The notes under the pieces were generated by a model. The model ran no database searches. It saw only the letters and a program-made list of their open reading frames with translations, and was not told the DNA's origin. The position numbers were made by a program, and so were the translations under genes. A stretch of DNA of 43,481 nucleotides from Aquificales bacterium (GTDB taxonomy: Bacteria > Aquificota > Aquificia > Aquificales > Aquificaceae). Below are positions 9,325 to 17,899 of this stretch, one piece after another (positions within the stretch are counted from its first letter, which is position 1; the number at the start of each line of letters is the position of its first letter). Location: NCBI GenBank assembly GCA_027078675.1, contig JALWWX010000194.1:1-43481 (forward strand), given 5' to 3'.

Positions 9325-9833
9325 AGAGGATAATAGTAAACGCTCCTATAAATGCTATTGTTGAAAAGAGGGGAAAGGAGGAAAAAAGCTCAGGGGATAT
9401 TAAGAGACCAAGAATACTTGAAGGTAAAACGGTTAAAATAAAGCTTACAACGGGCAACCTTTACACAACTGTTAATTTTGATGAAAAAGGAAAGGTTATA
9501 GAGGTATTTCTTAACCTCGGTAAATCGGGCAGTGAGGAGAAGGCTTTTGCAGAAGCCATAGGCAGGCTCATAAGTCTGTACCTTCAAAGGGGTGGTGATG
9601 TAAAAGAGGTCATAGATACCTTGAAGGATATAAAGGGAGCCTATGTGGTATGGCAGGAAGGCAGGCCCATCTACTCCGTACCCGATGCGGTTGCAAAGGT
9701 ATTGGAGGAACTGACGGGGGAAAAGGTGGAGAAGAATACGCTTATGAAATGTCCTCAGTGCGGTGAGGAAGCAATGATATACGAGAACGGATGTTATTAT
9801 TGTAGGGAATGCAGTTACAATAAATGCGGGTAA
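9321..9833 (+). CDS. nrdJ: Class II ribonucleotide reductase C-terminal piece (NrdJb-like, TSCPD domain plus Cys-rich tail)
   Basis: RPRILEGKTVKIKLTTGNLYTTVNFDEKGKVIEVFLNLGKSGSEEKAFAEAIGRLISLYLQRGG matches the C-terminal domain of single-chain NrdJ. The protein ends CPQCG...CYYCRECSYNKCG. ATGA overlap with the upstream piece, and the AGGAGGAAGG SD sits inside it. Confidence 0.8.
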   Translation: MKRIIVNAPINAIVEKRGKEEKSSGDIKRPRILEGKTVKIKLTTGNLYTTVNFDEKGKVIEVFLNLGKSGSEEKAFAEAIGRLISLYLQRGGDVKEVIDTLKDIKGAYVVWQEGRPIYSVPDAVAKVLEELTGEKVEKNTLMKCPQCGEEAMIYENGCYYCRECSYNKCG

Positions 9834-9839
9834 TTTTTC

Positions 9840-10490
9840 ATGTTTGTTAAAGATTGTCCCCGTTGTAAGGGAACAGGGTTTATGAAGGTAAAGGGGGGAG
9901 TGGATCTATGTCCGTGCAGATTCTCCACAGATACGGTTAATGTGATCTTGCGTATTCCCAAGAGATACTGGAATGCTTCCCTTGACGAATTTATGCCTTC
10001 AACACCTTCCCAATATATAGCTTTGGACGAAACCAGGTTGTACTGCGAATCAGAGGCCTACAAGGAGGGCAAGGGGCTTACCTATATAGGTCCTTCGTCT
10101 GTGGGTAAAACATACCTTGCTGTGTCCCTTATAAAGAAGATATATGTAGATAAAAAGATTAAGGGTATATTTTTTGATACGAGGGATCTGCTGTTTATAC
10201 TAAGGGGACTTATGGAAAACGGAAAGGATAAAAACCTTATAAGGTTTCTTATTGATGTACCCATTTTACTACTTGATGGTTTGGGGAATGAAAGGCTATC
10301 GGATTGGCAAAAAGAGATACTGTCTTATATTATTGTTCAAAGATATAACCACATGAGGCCTATAATTATAACCACTAACTATCCTTTGGAAAATGAAGGT
10401 GAAGATCTGAACTCCCTTGCGGAAAGGTTAGGTGAGGAGGTAATTTCCAAATTAAAGGAAATAAACACTACCGTAAGAATGTCCAAGTAG
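9840..10490 (+). CDS. DnaC/DnaI-like AAA+ helicase-loader protein with an N-terminal zinc finger
   Basis: Walker A is GPSSVGKT and the Walker B region is ILLLDGLGNE. The motifs RLSDWQKEILSYIIVQRYN and IIITTNY are typical of DnaC/IstB-family loaders. The N-terminus is CPRCKGTG...CPC. Confidence 0.7.
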   Translation: MFVKDCPRCKGTGFMKVKGGVDLCPCRFSTDTVNVILRIPKRYWNASLDEFMPSTPSQYIALDETRLYCESEAYKEGKGLTYIGPSSVGKTYLAVSLIKKIYVDKKIKGIFFDTRDLLFILRGLMENGKDKNLIRFLIDVPILLLDGLGNERLSDWQKEILSYIIVQRYNHMRPIIITTNYPLENEGEDLNSLAERLGEEVISKLKEINTTVRMSK

Positions 10491-10523
10491 GCTTTACAAT
10501 AAAAATTCAGTTAAAATGTTAAT

Positions 10524-11849
10524 GTGAAGTCTGTAACTGAAAAGATTAAAGGATATCTTAAACCCCAGTTTGAGTTTGAAGCATATATCCAGAAAGTGAA
10601 TAAAAACAAGATAACTGTGATTGACGAAAAAGTAGATAGTCTCTCTTCGTCAACAGAGATAGGTTTGGGATTAAGGATAAAGAAAGGTAAGAAGATTGCC
10701 TTTGTTTCTTCAACTCTTTCATCGGACGATGATATAAGGGAGTTGGTAATTAGAGGTATGGAGATATGTGAGGTTATGCCCGAGGACCCTTTTGTGGATT
10801 TTAACGATAAGAAAGAGGAGGCTATCGGAAGTTCCTATTTTGACAAGGAAGGTATTTCCTTGCCTATTAAAGAGAAGGAAGATATACCTATAGATATAGA
10901 AAGAAGATGTAAGAAGCGGGACAAAAGGATTAAATCCGTGAGGGAATCTTCGTTTACAGAAGCTTTAAGCGAAATTTATTACGAAAATTCTTACGGTGTT
11001 GAATTTGAAGAGAGAGGTACATTTTATTCTTTAATAGTAGGTGCACTTGCATCTGATGGTAATGATTCTAATATCTCTTATGAGTACAGAGGTGTAAGAA
11101 GATTGAAGGATATGGATATTGATGATATAGTTGAGGATGTTGTTTTTAAGACGGTGGAAGTTCTCAACCCTTCGGAAATAGAAGCATGTACTATGCCCGT
11201 CATCTTTTTCAGGGAAAGCTCCGCCATGTTACTTGAGACCTTCTCGGATATATTTTTGGGATCATCCCTTGTAAAGGATAAAACCTTCCTTAAAGGTAAA
11301 TTGGGTGAGAGGGTTTTCAGTGAGCTTATTACAATAATTGATGATGGTACACTGGAGAGGGGGTATGCTTCATCCTCTTACGATGCGGAGGGGTTTGCTA
11401 AGAGGAAAAACGTTATAGTTGAAAATGGGGTATTTAAGGGATTTTTACATAATCTTTATACTGGTGCAAAATCTGGGCATGCTCCTACAGGTAATTCGGT
11501 AAGGCGGAGTTATACAGATGAACCTGATGTTGGAGTTACGAATATATATATTAAAAGCGGAGATAAAAGCATTGAAGAACTCATAGATATGTATGAAAGG
11601 GTACTGTTAGTTACGGATTTAATGGGACTCCACACTTCTGATCCTGTTTCAGGCGAATTCTCCTTAGGAGTTTCTGGCATTATTTATGAAAAGGGCAAAA
11701 AGCTATCATCTGTAAGGGGGGTTACCGTGGCAGGGAATATAGGTGAACTATGGGATAAAGTAGTGGGTGTTGGTAACGATATAAAGTTTTATGGAAATGT
11801 CGGTTCGCCTTCTATACTTGTGGAAAAAGTTGCGGTAGGGGGAAGGTGA
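10524..11849 (+). CDS. pmbA: PmbA/TldD-family metallopeptidase (PmbA-like)
   Basis: 441 aa with the family-typical layout. C-terminal motifs are GFLHNLYTGAKSG..PTGNSVRRSY, GLHTSDPVSGEFSLGVSG and VGSPSILVEKV. GTG start. Confidence 0.85.
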   Translation: MKSVTEKIKGYLKPQFEFEAYIQKVNKNKITVIDEKVDSLSSSTEIGLGLRIKKGKKIAFVSSTLSSDDDIRELVIRGMEICEVMPEDPFVDFNDKKEEAIGSSYFDKEGISLPIKEKEDIPIDIERRCKKRDKRIKSVRESSFTEALSEIYYENSYGVEFEERGTFYSLIVGALASDGNDSNISYEYRGVRRLKDMDIDDIVEDVVFKTVEVLNPSEIEACTMPVIFFRESSAMLLETFSDIFLGSSLVKDKTFLKGKLGERVFSELITIIDDGTLERGYASSSYDAEGFAKRKNVIVENGVFKGFLHNLYTGAKSGHAPTGNSVRRSYTDEPDVGVTNIYIKSGDKSIEELIDMYERVLLVTDLMGLHTSDPVSGEFSLGVSGIIYEKGKKLSSVRGVTVAGNIGELWDKVVGVGNDIKFYGNVGSPSILVEKVAVGGR

Positions 11850-12451
11850 TGAGAAAATTCATTTACGCTATTCTTGGCCTATTGGCATTATCTTTACTTG
11901 TTTCGTCCATTTATATAGGTATTGATAAGTTTGTTATAGAAAGGGATAAGAAAATTTCAAAAAATATAGCGGTATTCATAGTAAAAAAGGAGCAGGGTGA
12001 GGAAAATATAAGTCTTACATATCCAGAATATACGATAATAATAACAAGGGACAAGGAGGGGAACATATACAATTCCATGGGAAGGGCAAATATAGATTTC
12101 AGTGACTTGAACGGAAGCGGTTATGCTGAAAAGGGATACGAAGCAAATGTTTACATAAAAAAGATGAGTATAAACAATTTAGTTAGATTTTTGATGGAAA
12201 ATTACGTAATAATGGGTACCATTATTTCCTCATTTTTCCTATTCATTATTCTTTATTATGCAATCATAAGGGAAATTGGTGAAGCATCACCGAGGAAGAA
12301 AGAGGAGGGTGTTAAAGTTAACGAGGAATTTATAAAGAAGTTAAAAGCTTTAAAACTTACAATAGCTACTCATAAAATTATTCCAGAGGAAAGTATTGAG
12401 CAGATGAAAAAAATAGTTGATTCTCTGCTTGAAGAACATAAATATAAATGA
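11846..12451 (+). CDS. Hypothetical two-pass membrane protein (sensor-stub-like)
   Basis: TM1 is FIYAILGLLALSLLVSSIYIGI, followed by an extracytoplasmic loop of about 95 aa. TM2 is VIMGTIISSFFLFIILYYAII, followed by a helical tail of about 60 aa. The start is either GTG at 11846 or ATG at 11849, overlapping the pmbA stop. Confidence 0.6.
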   Translation: MMRKFIYAILGLLALSLLVSSIYIGIDKFVIERDKKISKNIAVFIVKKEQGEENISLTYPEYTIIITRDKEGNIYNSMGRANIDFSDLNGSGYAEKGYEANVYIKKMSINNLVRFLMENYVIMGTIISSFFLFIILYYAIIREIGEASPRKKEEGVKVNEEFIKKLKALKLTIATHKIIPEESIEQMKKIVDSLLEEHKYK

Positions 12452-12488
12452 AAATGTTTAGTTTAAAATTATAAAAAGGGGTTGTGGA

Positions 12489-13820
12489 ATGAAGATCTTG
12501 ATAGTTTCCTTTGACAAAGCCTTGGTTAAGAAGCTTAAAAGTCTTCTGCCAACCCACGAGATCATTGAAGTGAAGAACGGAGAGGAAGCCATCAAAACTG
12601 TGCGTACCGAGGTTGATTTTGTTGTATACGATGCAATATCGGGTGCCCTCTCGGAAGAGGATATTAACAATATGTACAAGCAGAGATTCGGTAACGCCCA
12701 GTTCATAATCCTTGTTGATGAGCTTTTCCCTGTTGATATGGGCAATATTCTCGCCCCCAACAAGATAAGATTGTCAAGGGAGGACGAAGTTGAAAAAGTT
12801 AAGGATATCATTGAGGGAGGCATTCCTGTAGAGAAGGTGGAGGAGGCACCTCCGCCGGCTGAACCGTTGGTAGAAAAAACCCTTGAAGAGATACCTGAGC
12901 CTCAGGAGTTTGTGATAGAGCATACTTCTATAGGAGAACCTTCTTCTGGCTTTGATATACCCAAAACGGAGGAGCAGGAACCTGCACCTGTTGTTGAAGA
13001 ACCTGCTACGGAAATGAGGGAGCAAGAAGGTTCCAAGGTTCTTATAGTGTCTTTTGATAATCTGCTTATAGACAATATAAGGAGTGTTTTGGGTGAGGAG
13101 TATAAAATTGAGGTTGCAAAGAATACAAAGGAAGCTTTGGAAAAAAGAAGTGACGCTCCCGTTGTTATATACGACGCCATATCGGGAGTTATAGCGGAGA
13201 AGGGATTAATAGAGCTTTCTCAGGATCCTGATTACGGTAGGAAAGCTTACATAATATTGATTGACGAGCTTTTCCCCATCAGTGTTGATAACATACCTCT
13301 TGACAATAAAGAAGTTCTTTCAAGGGAAGCGGAACTTCATCTCATAAAAGGAAAGGTTGAGGAGGCAATTTCAAGAATGGGAACTGCCCCTCAGCCTGCG
13401 GGGATGGACATTACTGAGGAGAAGAAAGCTGAAGAAGTTCCGCGTACTGAAACAGTGCCTGAAATGGAGAATATAAATATTGAGGAGATAACAAAAGAAG
13501 CTGTTGAGGTACAGGAGGAGGTGCAGGAGATAAAGGAAGAGAAAACACCTGTTGAAGAGGTAACTTTACCCCCAGTGGAGAAGACTGTAGAAAGGGTAGA
13601 AGGTGTGAATGCTGATGAAATAGTAGAGAAGGTAATTAAAAGTATAGACTTTGAGGGTATTATTAAAAGGGCTGTTAAGGAAAGTATTGATGAAAATGTG
13701 ATAAGCGGTATAATAAGGCAGGAAATTGAAACAGCTTTTGCTAATATAGATATACAGGGGATAATAAGAGAAGTTGTTGCAAACATAGTAAGGGATAAGG
13801 TGGAAGAGCTTTTAAGCTGA
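12489..13820 (+). CDS. Hypothetical protein with two tandem degenerate receiver (REC)-like domains, acidic/Pro-rich linkers and an amphipathic C-terminus
   Basis: The internal duplication covers aa 1-110 and aa 182-293. Shared blocks are LIVSFD, IEV, V.YDAISG, II L(V/I)DELFP and LSRE. AAGGGG lies upstream of the ATG. Confidence 0.7.
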   Translation: MKILIVSFDKALVKKLKSLLPTHEIIEVKNGEEAIKTVRTEVDFVVYDAISGALSEEDINNMYKQRFGNAQFIILVDELFPVDMGNILAPNKIRLSREDEVEKVKDIIEGGIPVEKVEEAPPPAEPLVEKTLEEIPEPQEFVIEHTSIGEPSSGFDIPKTEEQEPAPVVEEPATEMREQEGSKVLIVSFDNLLIDNIRSVLGEEYKIEVAKNTKEALEKRSDAPVVIYDAISGVIAEKGLIELSQDPDYGRKAYIILIDELFPISVDNIPLDNKEVLSREAELHLIKGKVEEAISRMGTAPQPAGMDITEEKKAEEVPRTETVPEMENINIEEITKEAVEVQEEVQEIKEEKTPVEEVTLPPVEKTVERVEGVNADEIVEKVIKSIDFEGIIKRAVKESIDENVISGIIRQEIETAFANIDIQGIIREVVANIVRDKVEELLS

Positions 13821-15119
13821 TCCGAAAACCTTTTCGTAAATATAATCTATGTTTCTTAAGAAAGAGGAAGGATCAAAAATTCTCTCTATATCACCATCCG
13901 ATAATATACTTTTTATTTCCTCATTACCTTTTACTATTTCTTTGAAATCCTTTCTTTTCTCCCAGCTTTCCATTGCAAGCTTTTGAACAATATCGTAGGC
14001 TTTATCCCTTTCCATTCCCCTTTTCATGAGTTCAACGAGCAACTTTGAGGAAAAGAAGAGATTATAGGAAGCCTTCATATTTCTAAGCATGTTATCCTCG
14101 TAAACAACTATTCCTTTTATTATGTTCGTAAACAGATTCAGCATGTAATCAAGACCTATAAAGGCATCTGGAAATATTATCCTTTCAGCGGATGAGTGGG
14201 ATATATCCCTTTCATGCCATAGGGGTATATTTTCAAGGGATGTTAGGGAGAAGGCTCTTATTACTCTCGCCAGTCCGCATATTCTTTCCGAGTGAACAGG
14301 GTTCTTCTTATGAGGCATTGCGGAAGATCCCCTTTGACCCTTTGAGAAAGGTTCTTGCACTTCAAGAACTTCTGTTCTCTGAAGGTGTCTTATTTCCGTT
14401 GCAAATTTTTCAAGGGATGAAGCTATTATGGCTAAGGTAGTCATTACCTCTGCATGTCTGTCCCTGTGTACTATTTGGGTTGAGGCGGGTTCTATTTTAA
14501 GTCCCAAGTAATCAAGGGCTATCCTTTCAACACTTGGGTCAACATTTGAGTAAGTGCCTACAGCTCCAGATATTTTTCCGTAAGATATGACCTCTTTACA
14601 TCTTTCAAGCCGTTCTCTGTTTCTTCTCATCTCATCATACCAGCCCGCCATCTTTATACCGAAAGTTGTCGGCTCCGCATGAACACCGTGGGTTCTGCCC
14701 ATCATTATTGTGTTCTTGTAACGATAAGAAAGATTTTTAAGCTCATCCATTATCCTGTTTATATCCTCTATTAGGATATCTATTGCCTCCCTTATAAGAA
14801 GTGCAAAGGCGGTATCAATAATATCCGACGATGTTACACCCATATGGAAATATCTGCTATCCTTCCCTATTTGATCATTTATAGCTGATACAAAGGCAAG
14901 CACATCATGTTTATACTTTTTGTCGTACTCTTTTATTTTCTCCACCGTTTCCTCGTCTATATGTGCCTTTTCCTTTATCCTCTCAAAGGCATCTTTGGGT
15001 ATAACTCCCAGTTCCGACCACCCTTTGCATATCGCTATTTCCACCTCAAGCCACTTTTTAAACTTGTTCTCTTCGGACCATATATTTCCCATTTCTTTTC
15101 TTGTGTATCTTTCTATCAT
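13812..15119 (-). CDS. purB: Adenylosuccinate lyase
   Basis: MIERYTRKEMGNIW, the fumarate-lyase signature GSSAMPHKKNP, and THGVHAEPTTFG are present. I chose the ATG at 15119, because the ORF-track start at 15128 is a TTG three codons upstream. Confidence 0.92.
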   Translation of the reverse strand: MIERYTRKEMGNIWSEENKFKKWLEVEIAICKGWSELGVIPKDAFERIKEKAHIDEETVEKIKEYDKKYKHDVLAFVSAINDQIGKDSRYFHMGVTSSDIIDTAFALLIREAIDILIEDINRIMDELKNLSYRYKNTIMMGRTHGVHAEPTTFGIKMAGWYDEMRRNRERLERCKEVISYGKISGAVGTYSNVDPSVERIALDYLGLKIEPASTQIVHRDRHAEVMTTLAIIASSLEKFATEIRHLQRTEVLEVQEPFSKGQRGSSAMPHKKNPVHSERICGLARVIRAFSLTSLENIPLWHERDISHSSAERIIFPDAFIGLDYMLNLFTNIIKGIVVYEDNMLRNMKASYNLFFSSKLLVELMKRGMERDKAYDIVQKLAMESWEKRKDFKEIVKGNEEIKSILSDGDIERIFDPSSFLRNIDYIYEKVFGSA

Positions 15120-15127
15120 GGCTAACA

Positions 15128-15135
15128 ATTATAAT
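15128..15135. promoter_or_regulatory. Putative overlapping bidirectional -10 element (ATTATAAT)
   Basis: TATAAT reads on the + strand (15130-15135, 10 nt before the era ATG at 15146). It also reads on the - strand (15128-15133, 8 nt before the purB ATG at 15119). There is no SD on either side. Confidence 0.3.
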
Positions 15136-15145
15136 ATCTAACGGT

Positions 15146-16054
15146 ATGAAGGTGGGATTCGTAAGCATAGTGGGAAAGCCTAATGTGGGAAAATCAACGC
15201 TGATAAACTACCTTACGGGTACAAAGGTTTCCATAGTATCTCCCAAGCCCGGAACTACCCGTATAAGGGTGCTCGGAGTTAAAAATATACCCGGTGAAGC
15301 TCAAATTGTCTTTCTTGACACTCCCGGTCTTTACAGACCTAAGGACGCCTTAGGAGAGGCGATGGTAAGAATTGCCAAAAGCACCCTTGAGGAGAGCGAT
15401 GTAATCTTATTCATGATAGACGCGGAGGAGGGATGGAGGAAAAGTGATCAACGTGTATGGGAGGATTATATAAAACCCCTTTCGGAAAGGAAACCTATCA
15501 TACTTGTTATCAACAAGATAGACAGGATAGGAGATGCAAAAAACGTGTTGCCCCTTATTGAAGAAATTCATAAGGAGAATCCAGAAATAAAAGAGATTGT
15601 ACCCATAAGTGCCCTGAAGGGTTCAAATGTTGATGAGCTTTTAAAAACCTTATTGAAGTATCTTCCTGAAGGTGAGCAGATCTTTCCCGAAGATATGATA
15701 ACGGATCTTCCTTTGAGAATAATGGTTGCGGAGATAGTGAGGGAAAAGGTGATGTTGCTTACAAGGGAAGAGGTTCCTACATCCGTTGCGGTTGCCATAC
15801 ATGAGATAAAGGAAGGGGATGTAAACCCAAATATGCTTGTAATAAAGGGTGATATCGTTGTGGACAGGGAGAACCTTAAGCCCATCATAATAGGTAAGGG
15901 AGGGCAGAGGTTAAAACAGATAGGTAAACTTGCCAGGGAGGAGATAGAGCTTATCACGGGAAAAAAGGTTTATCTTGAACTGTGGGTGAAGGTTAAGGAA
16001 AAGTGGAGGAGAAGACCCGATCTCGTAAGGAGCTTCGGTTATTATATGGAGTAG
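15146..16054 (+). CDS. era: GTPase Era
   Basis: MKVGFVSIVGKPNVGKSTLIN (G1), DTPG (G3), NKID (G4) and a C-terminal KH domain (IIGKGGQRLKQIG) are present. The ORF-track start at 15101 adds an implausible hydrophobic leader that overlaps purB. Confidence 0.92.
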   Translation: MKVGFVSIVGKPNVGKSTLINYLTGTKVSIVSPKPGTTRIRVLGVKNIPGEAQIVFLDTPGLYRPKDALGEAMVRIAKSTLEESDVILFMIDAEEGWRKSDQRVWEDYIKPLSERKPIILVINKIDRIGDAKNVLPLIEEIHKENPEIKEIVPISALKGSNVDELLKTLLKYLPEGEQIFPEDMITDLPLRIMVAEIVREKVMLLTREEVPTSVAVAIHEIKEGDVNPNMLVIKGDIVVDRENLKPIIIGKGGQRLKQIGKLAREEIELITGKKVYLELWVKVKEKWRRRPDLVRSFGYYME

Positions 16055-16055
16055 G

Positions 16056-16505
16056 ATGAGGGCGGTTGTACAAAGGGTAAGAAGGTCAAAGGTTGAGGTA
16101 GACGGTGAGGTTGTTGGAGAAATAGGAAAGGGTGTTAATATACTCCTCGGAGTAGGAAAGGGTGACGAAGAGAAGGACATAGATGTACTCGTAAAAAAGA
16201 TAGTAAATCTTAGGATCTTTGAAGATGGGAAGGGGAAATTCAATTATTCCCTTTTGGATGTAAAGGGTGAGGCGCTTGTTATTTCTCAATTTACCCTCTA
16301 TGCCAATGTGAAGAAGGGGAGGAGGCCAAGCTTTGAAGATGCGGAAGAGCCAAGGAGAGCAAAGGAGCTTTACGAAAGGTTTGTTGAGAGGATGAAAGAA
16401 GAAGGTGTTACCACAAAAACCGGGATATTCGGCGCAATGATGAATGTATATATTGAAAATTGGGGGCCTGTTACCATTGTGTTGGACAGTAAGGAATTAA
16501 TGTGA
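16056..16505 (+). CDS. dtd: D-aminoacyl-tRNA deacylase
   Basis: MRAVVQRV, ILLGVGKGD, VISQFTLYA and RPSF are canonical Dtd motifs. Confidence 0.9.
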   Translation: MRAVVQRVRRSKVEVDGEVVGEIGKGVNILLGVGKGDEEKDIDVLVKKIVNLRIFEDGKGKFNYSLLDVKGEALVISQFTLYANVKKGRRPSFEDAEEPRRAKELYERFVERMKEEGVTTKTGIFGAMMNVYIENWGPVTIVLDSKELM

Positions 16506-16535
16506 TAGAATATCCATTCCTTCAAGGAGGTAAAA

Positions 16536-16889
16536 ATGAGGGTAAAAGGTCCGTCCTCACGGAAGCATAAGAAGAAGATATTAAAGCTTGCTAAGGGTTA
16601 CAGGGGACAGAGAAAGAATGTTTACAGAAGAGCTAAAGAGGCAGTAATGAGAGCCCTCTACTATCAGTATAGGGACAGAAAGTTAAGGAAGAGGGAGTTC
16701 AGGAGATTGTGGATAGCAAGAATCAATGCGGGAGTAAGGGCTTACGGTTTATCTTACAGCAAATTTATGAAGGGACTCAAAGAGGCTAATATAAACTTGA
16801 ACAGAAAAATGTTGGCGGAGATAGCAGTAAGGGACCCGGAGGCTTTTGGGAAGATTGTTGAGAGGGTTAAAGAAGTTCTTAAGGTATGA
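16536..16889 (+). CDS. rplT: 50S ribosomal protein L20
   Basis: [25 protein letters not shown]...[20 protein letters not shown]. The strong SD AAGGAGG lies 5 nt upstream of the ATG. Confidence 0.95.
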   Translation: MRVKGPSSRKHKKKILKLAKGYRGQRKNVYRRAKEAVMRALYYQYRDRKLRKREFRRLWIARINAGVRAYGLSYSKFMKGLKEANINLNRKMLAEIAVRDPEAFGKIVERVKEVLKV

Positions 16890-17899
16890 TTGATGCGGAA
16901 TCCATCATAAGGGAGCTTGAGAGGGAAATTGCTTCCGTTTCGGAACAAGATAAGCTTCTTAAAATAAAGTCAAAATACATAGGAAAGGGAGGGATAGTTA
17001 CAAATCTTATATCCCGCATAAGGGAGATACCCCCAGATCAAAGAAAGGAGTACGGAAGGAAGGTTAATCTTATAAAAGAGAAGGTTGAAGAACTTATAGC
17101 AAAAAAACAGGAGGAAATAAAAAGGGAAGAAGAAAGAAGGCGTTTGGAAAGAGAATGGGAAGATATCACAGTACCCGTTGAACCTCTTGTAGGTCATATC
17201 CATCCCCTCACGAGAACCCTGGACAGGATAATTGACATATTCAGGTCCATGGGTTTCAGAGTAAAAGAAGGACCAGAAATTGAGTTAGAAAAATACAACT
17301 TTGATATGCTTAATATTCCCCCCGATCATCCCGCCCGTGATATGCAAGATACCTTTTATGTTAACAAGGAAGGATACCTTTTAAGAACTCATACATCGCC
17401 AGTTCAGATAAGGGTTATGCTTGAGGAAAAGCCCCCCATATACATGGTGGCTCCGGGAAAGGTTTATAGAAGAGATGACGATCCCACCCATTCTCCTATG
17501 TTTCATCAGGTGGAAGGTTTGGCGGTTTCGGAGGATGTCAATTTTGGTAATATGAAGTTTGTTATTGAAGAGTTTTTAAGGGCTTTTTTTGAAGGAGATG
17601 TTCCTGTAAGATTCAGGGTTTCCTACTTTCCCTTTACCGAACCTTCCGCGGAGGTTGATATAGGTTGTGTTATTTGCGAAGGAAAGGGGTGCAGGGTATG
17701 TAAGGAGACGGGGTGGCTTGAGGTTATGGGTTGCGGTATGGTACATCCCGCGGTATTGGAAAATTGCGGTATAGATTCACAGAAGTATCAAGGTTTTGCC
17801 TTCGGAATGGGAGTTGAAAGACTGTGTATGCTCTATTACGGCATTGATAACATAAAACTTTTTTATGAAAACGATCTCAGATTTCTGAGGCAGTTTTGA
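16886..17899 (+). CDS. pheS: Phenylalanine--tRNA ligase alpha subunit
   Basis: [36 protein letters not shown] and FGMGVERL are class II aaRS PheS motifs. 4-nt overlap with rplT. Confidence 0.95.
   Translation: MIDAESIIRELEREIASVSEQDKLLKIKSKYIGKGGIVTNLISRIREIPPDQRKEYGRKVNLIKEKVEELIAKKQEEIKREEERRRLEREWEDITVPVEPLVGHIHPLTRTLDRIIDIFRSMGFRVKEGPEIELEKYNFDMLNIPPDHPARDMQDTFYVNKEGYLLRTHTSPVQIRVMLEEKPPIYMVAPGKVYRRDDDPTHSPMFHQVEGLAVSEDVNFGNMKFVIEEFLRAFFEGDVPVRFRVSYFPFTEPSAEVDIGCVICEGKGCRVCKETGWLEVMGCGMVHPAVLENCGIDSQKYQGFAFGMGVERLCMLYYGIDNIKLFYENDLRFLRQF

Noticed and set aside
9300-9330. A programmed frameshift or a pseudogenising frameshift joining the two nrdJ ORFs. An SD-like AGGAGGAAGG lies just before the TGA, reminiscent of prfB.
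   Set aside because: The downstream frame is -1, not +1. There is no slippery X XXY YYZ heptamer. An ATG sits exactly in an ATGA overlap. Ordinary translational coupling explains the arrangement.
9178-9440. A possible split intein or intein relic at the NrdJa/NrdJb junction. The tail YLIILENGTKIEAEE...IYNGKEYTAKEL loosely resembles intein block A, and split NrdJ inteins exist in metagenomes.
   Set aside because: There is no Cys/Ser nucleophile at the start of the tail. The tail is only 48 aa, against about 100 for an N-intein. NrdJb lacks a C-intein ending in HN followed by Cys/Ser/Thr (it reads IIVNAPIN). At most this is a degenerate relic, and it cannot be supported from sequence alone.
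16506-16535. An L20 autoregulatory leader, and the missing infC-rpmI upstream and pheT downstream of the rplT-pheS pair.
   Set aside because: Only 30 nt separate dtd from rplT, so no structured leader fits. The absence of rpmI and pheT is an operon rearrangement, with those genes presumably elsewhere. It is not evidence of anything hidden here.
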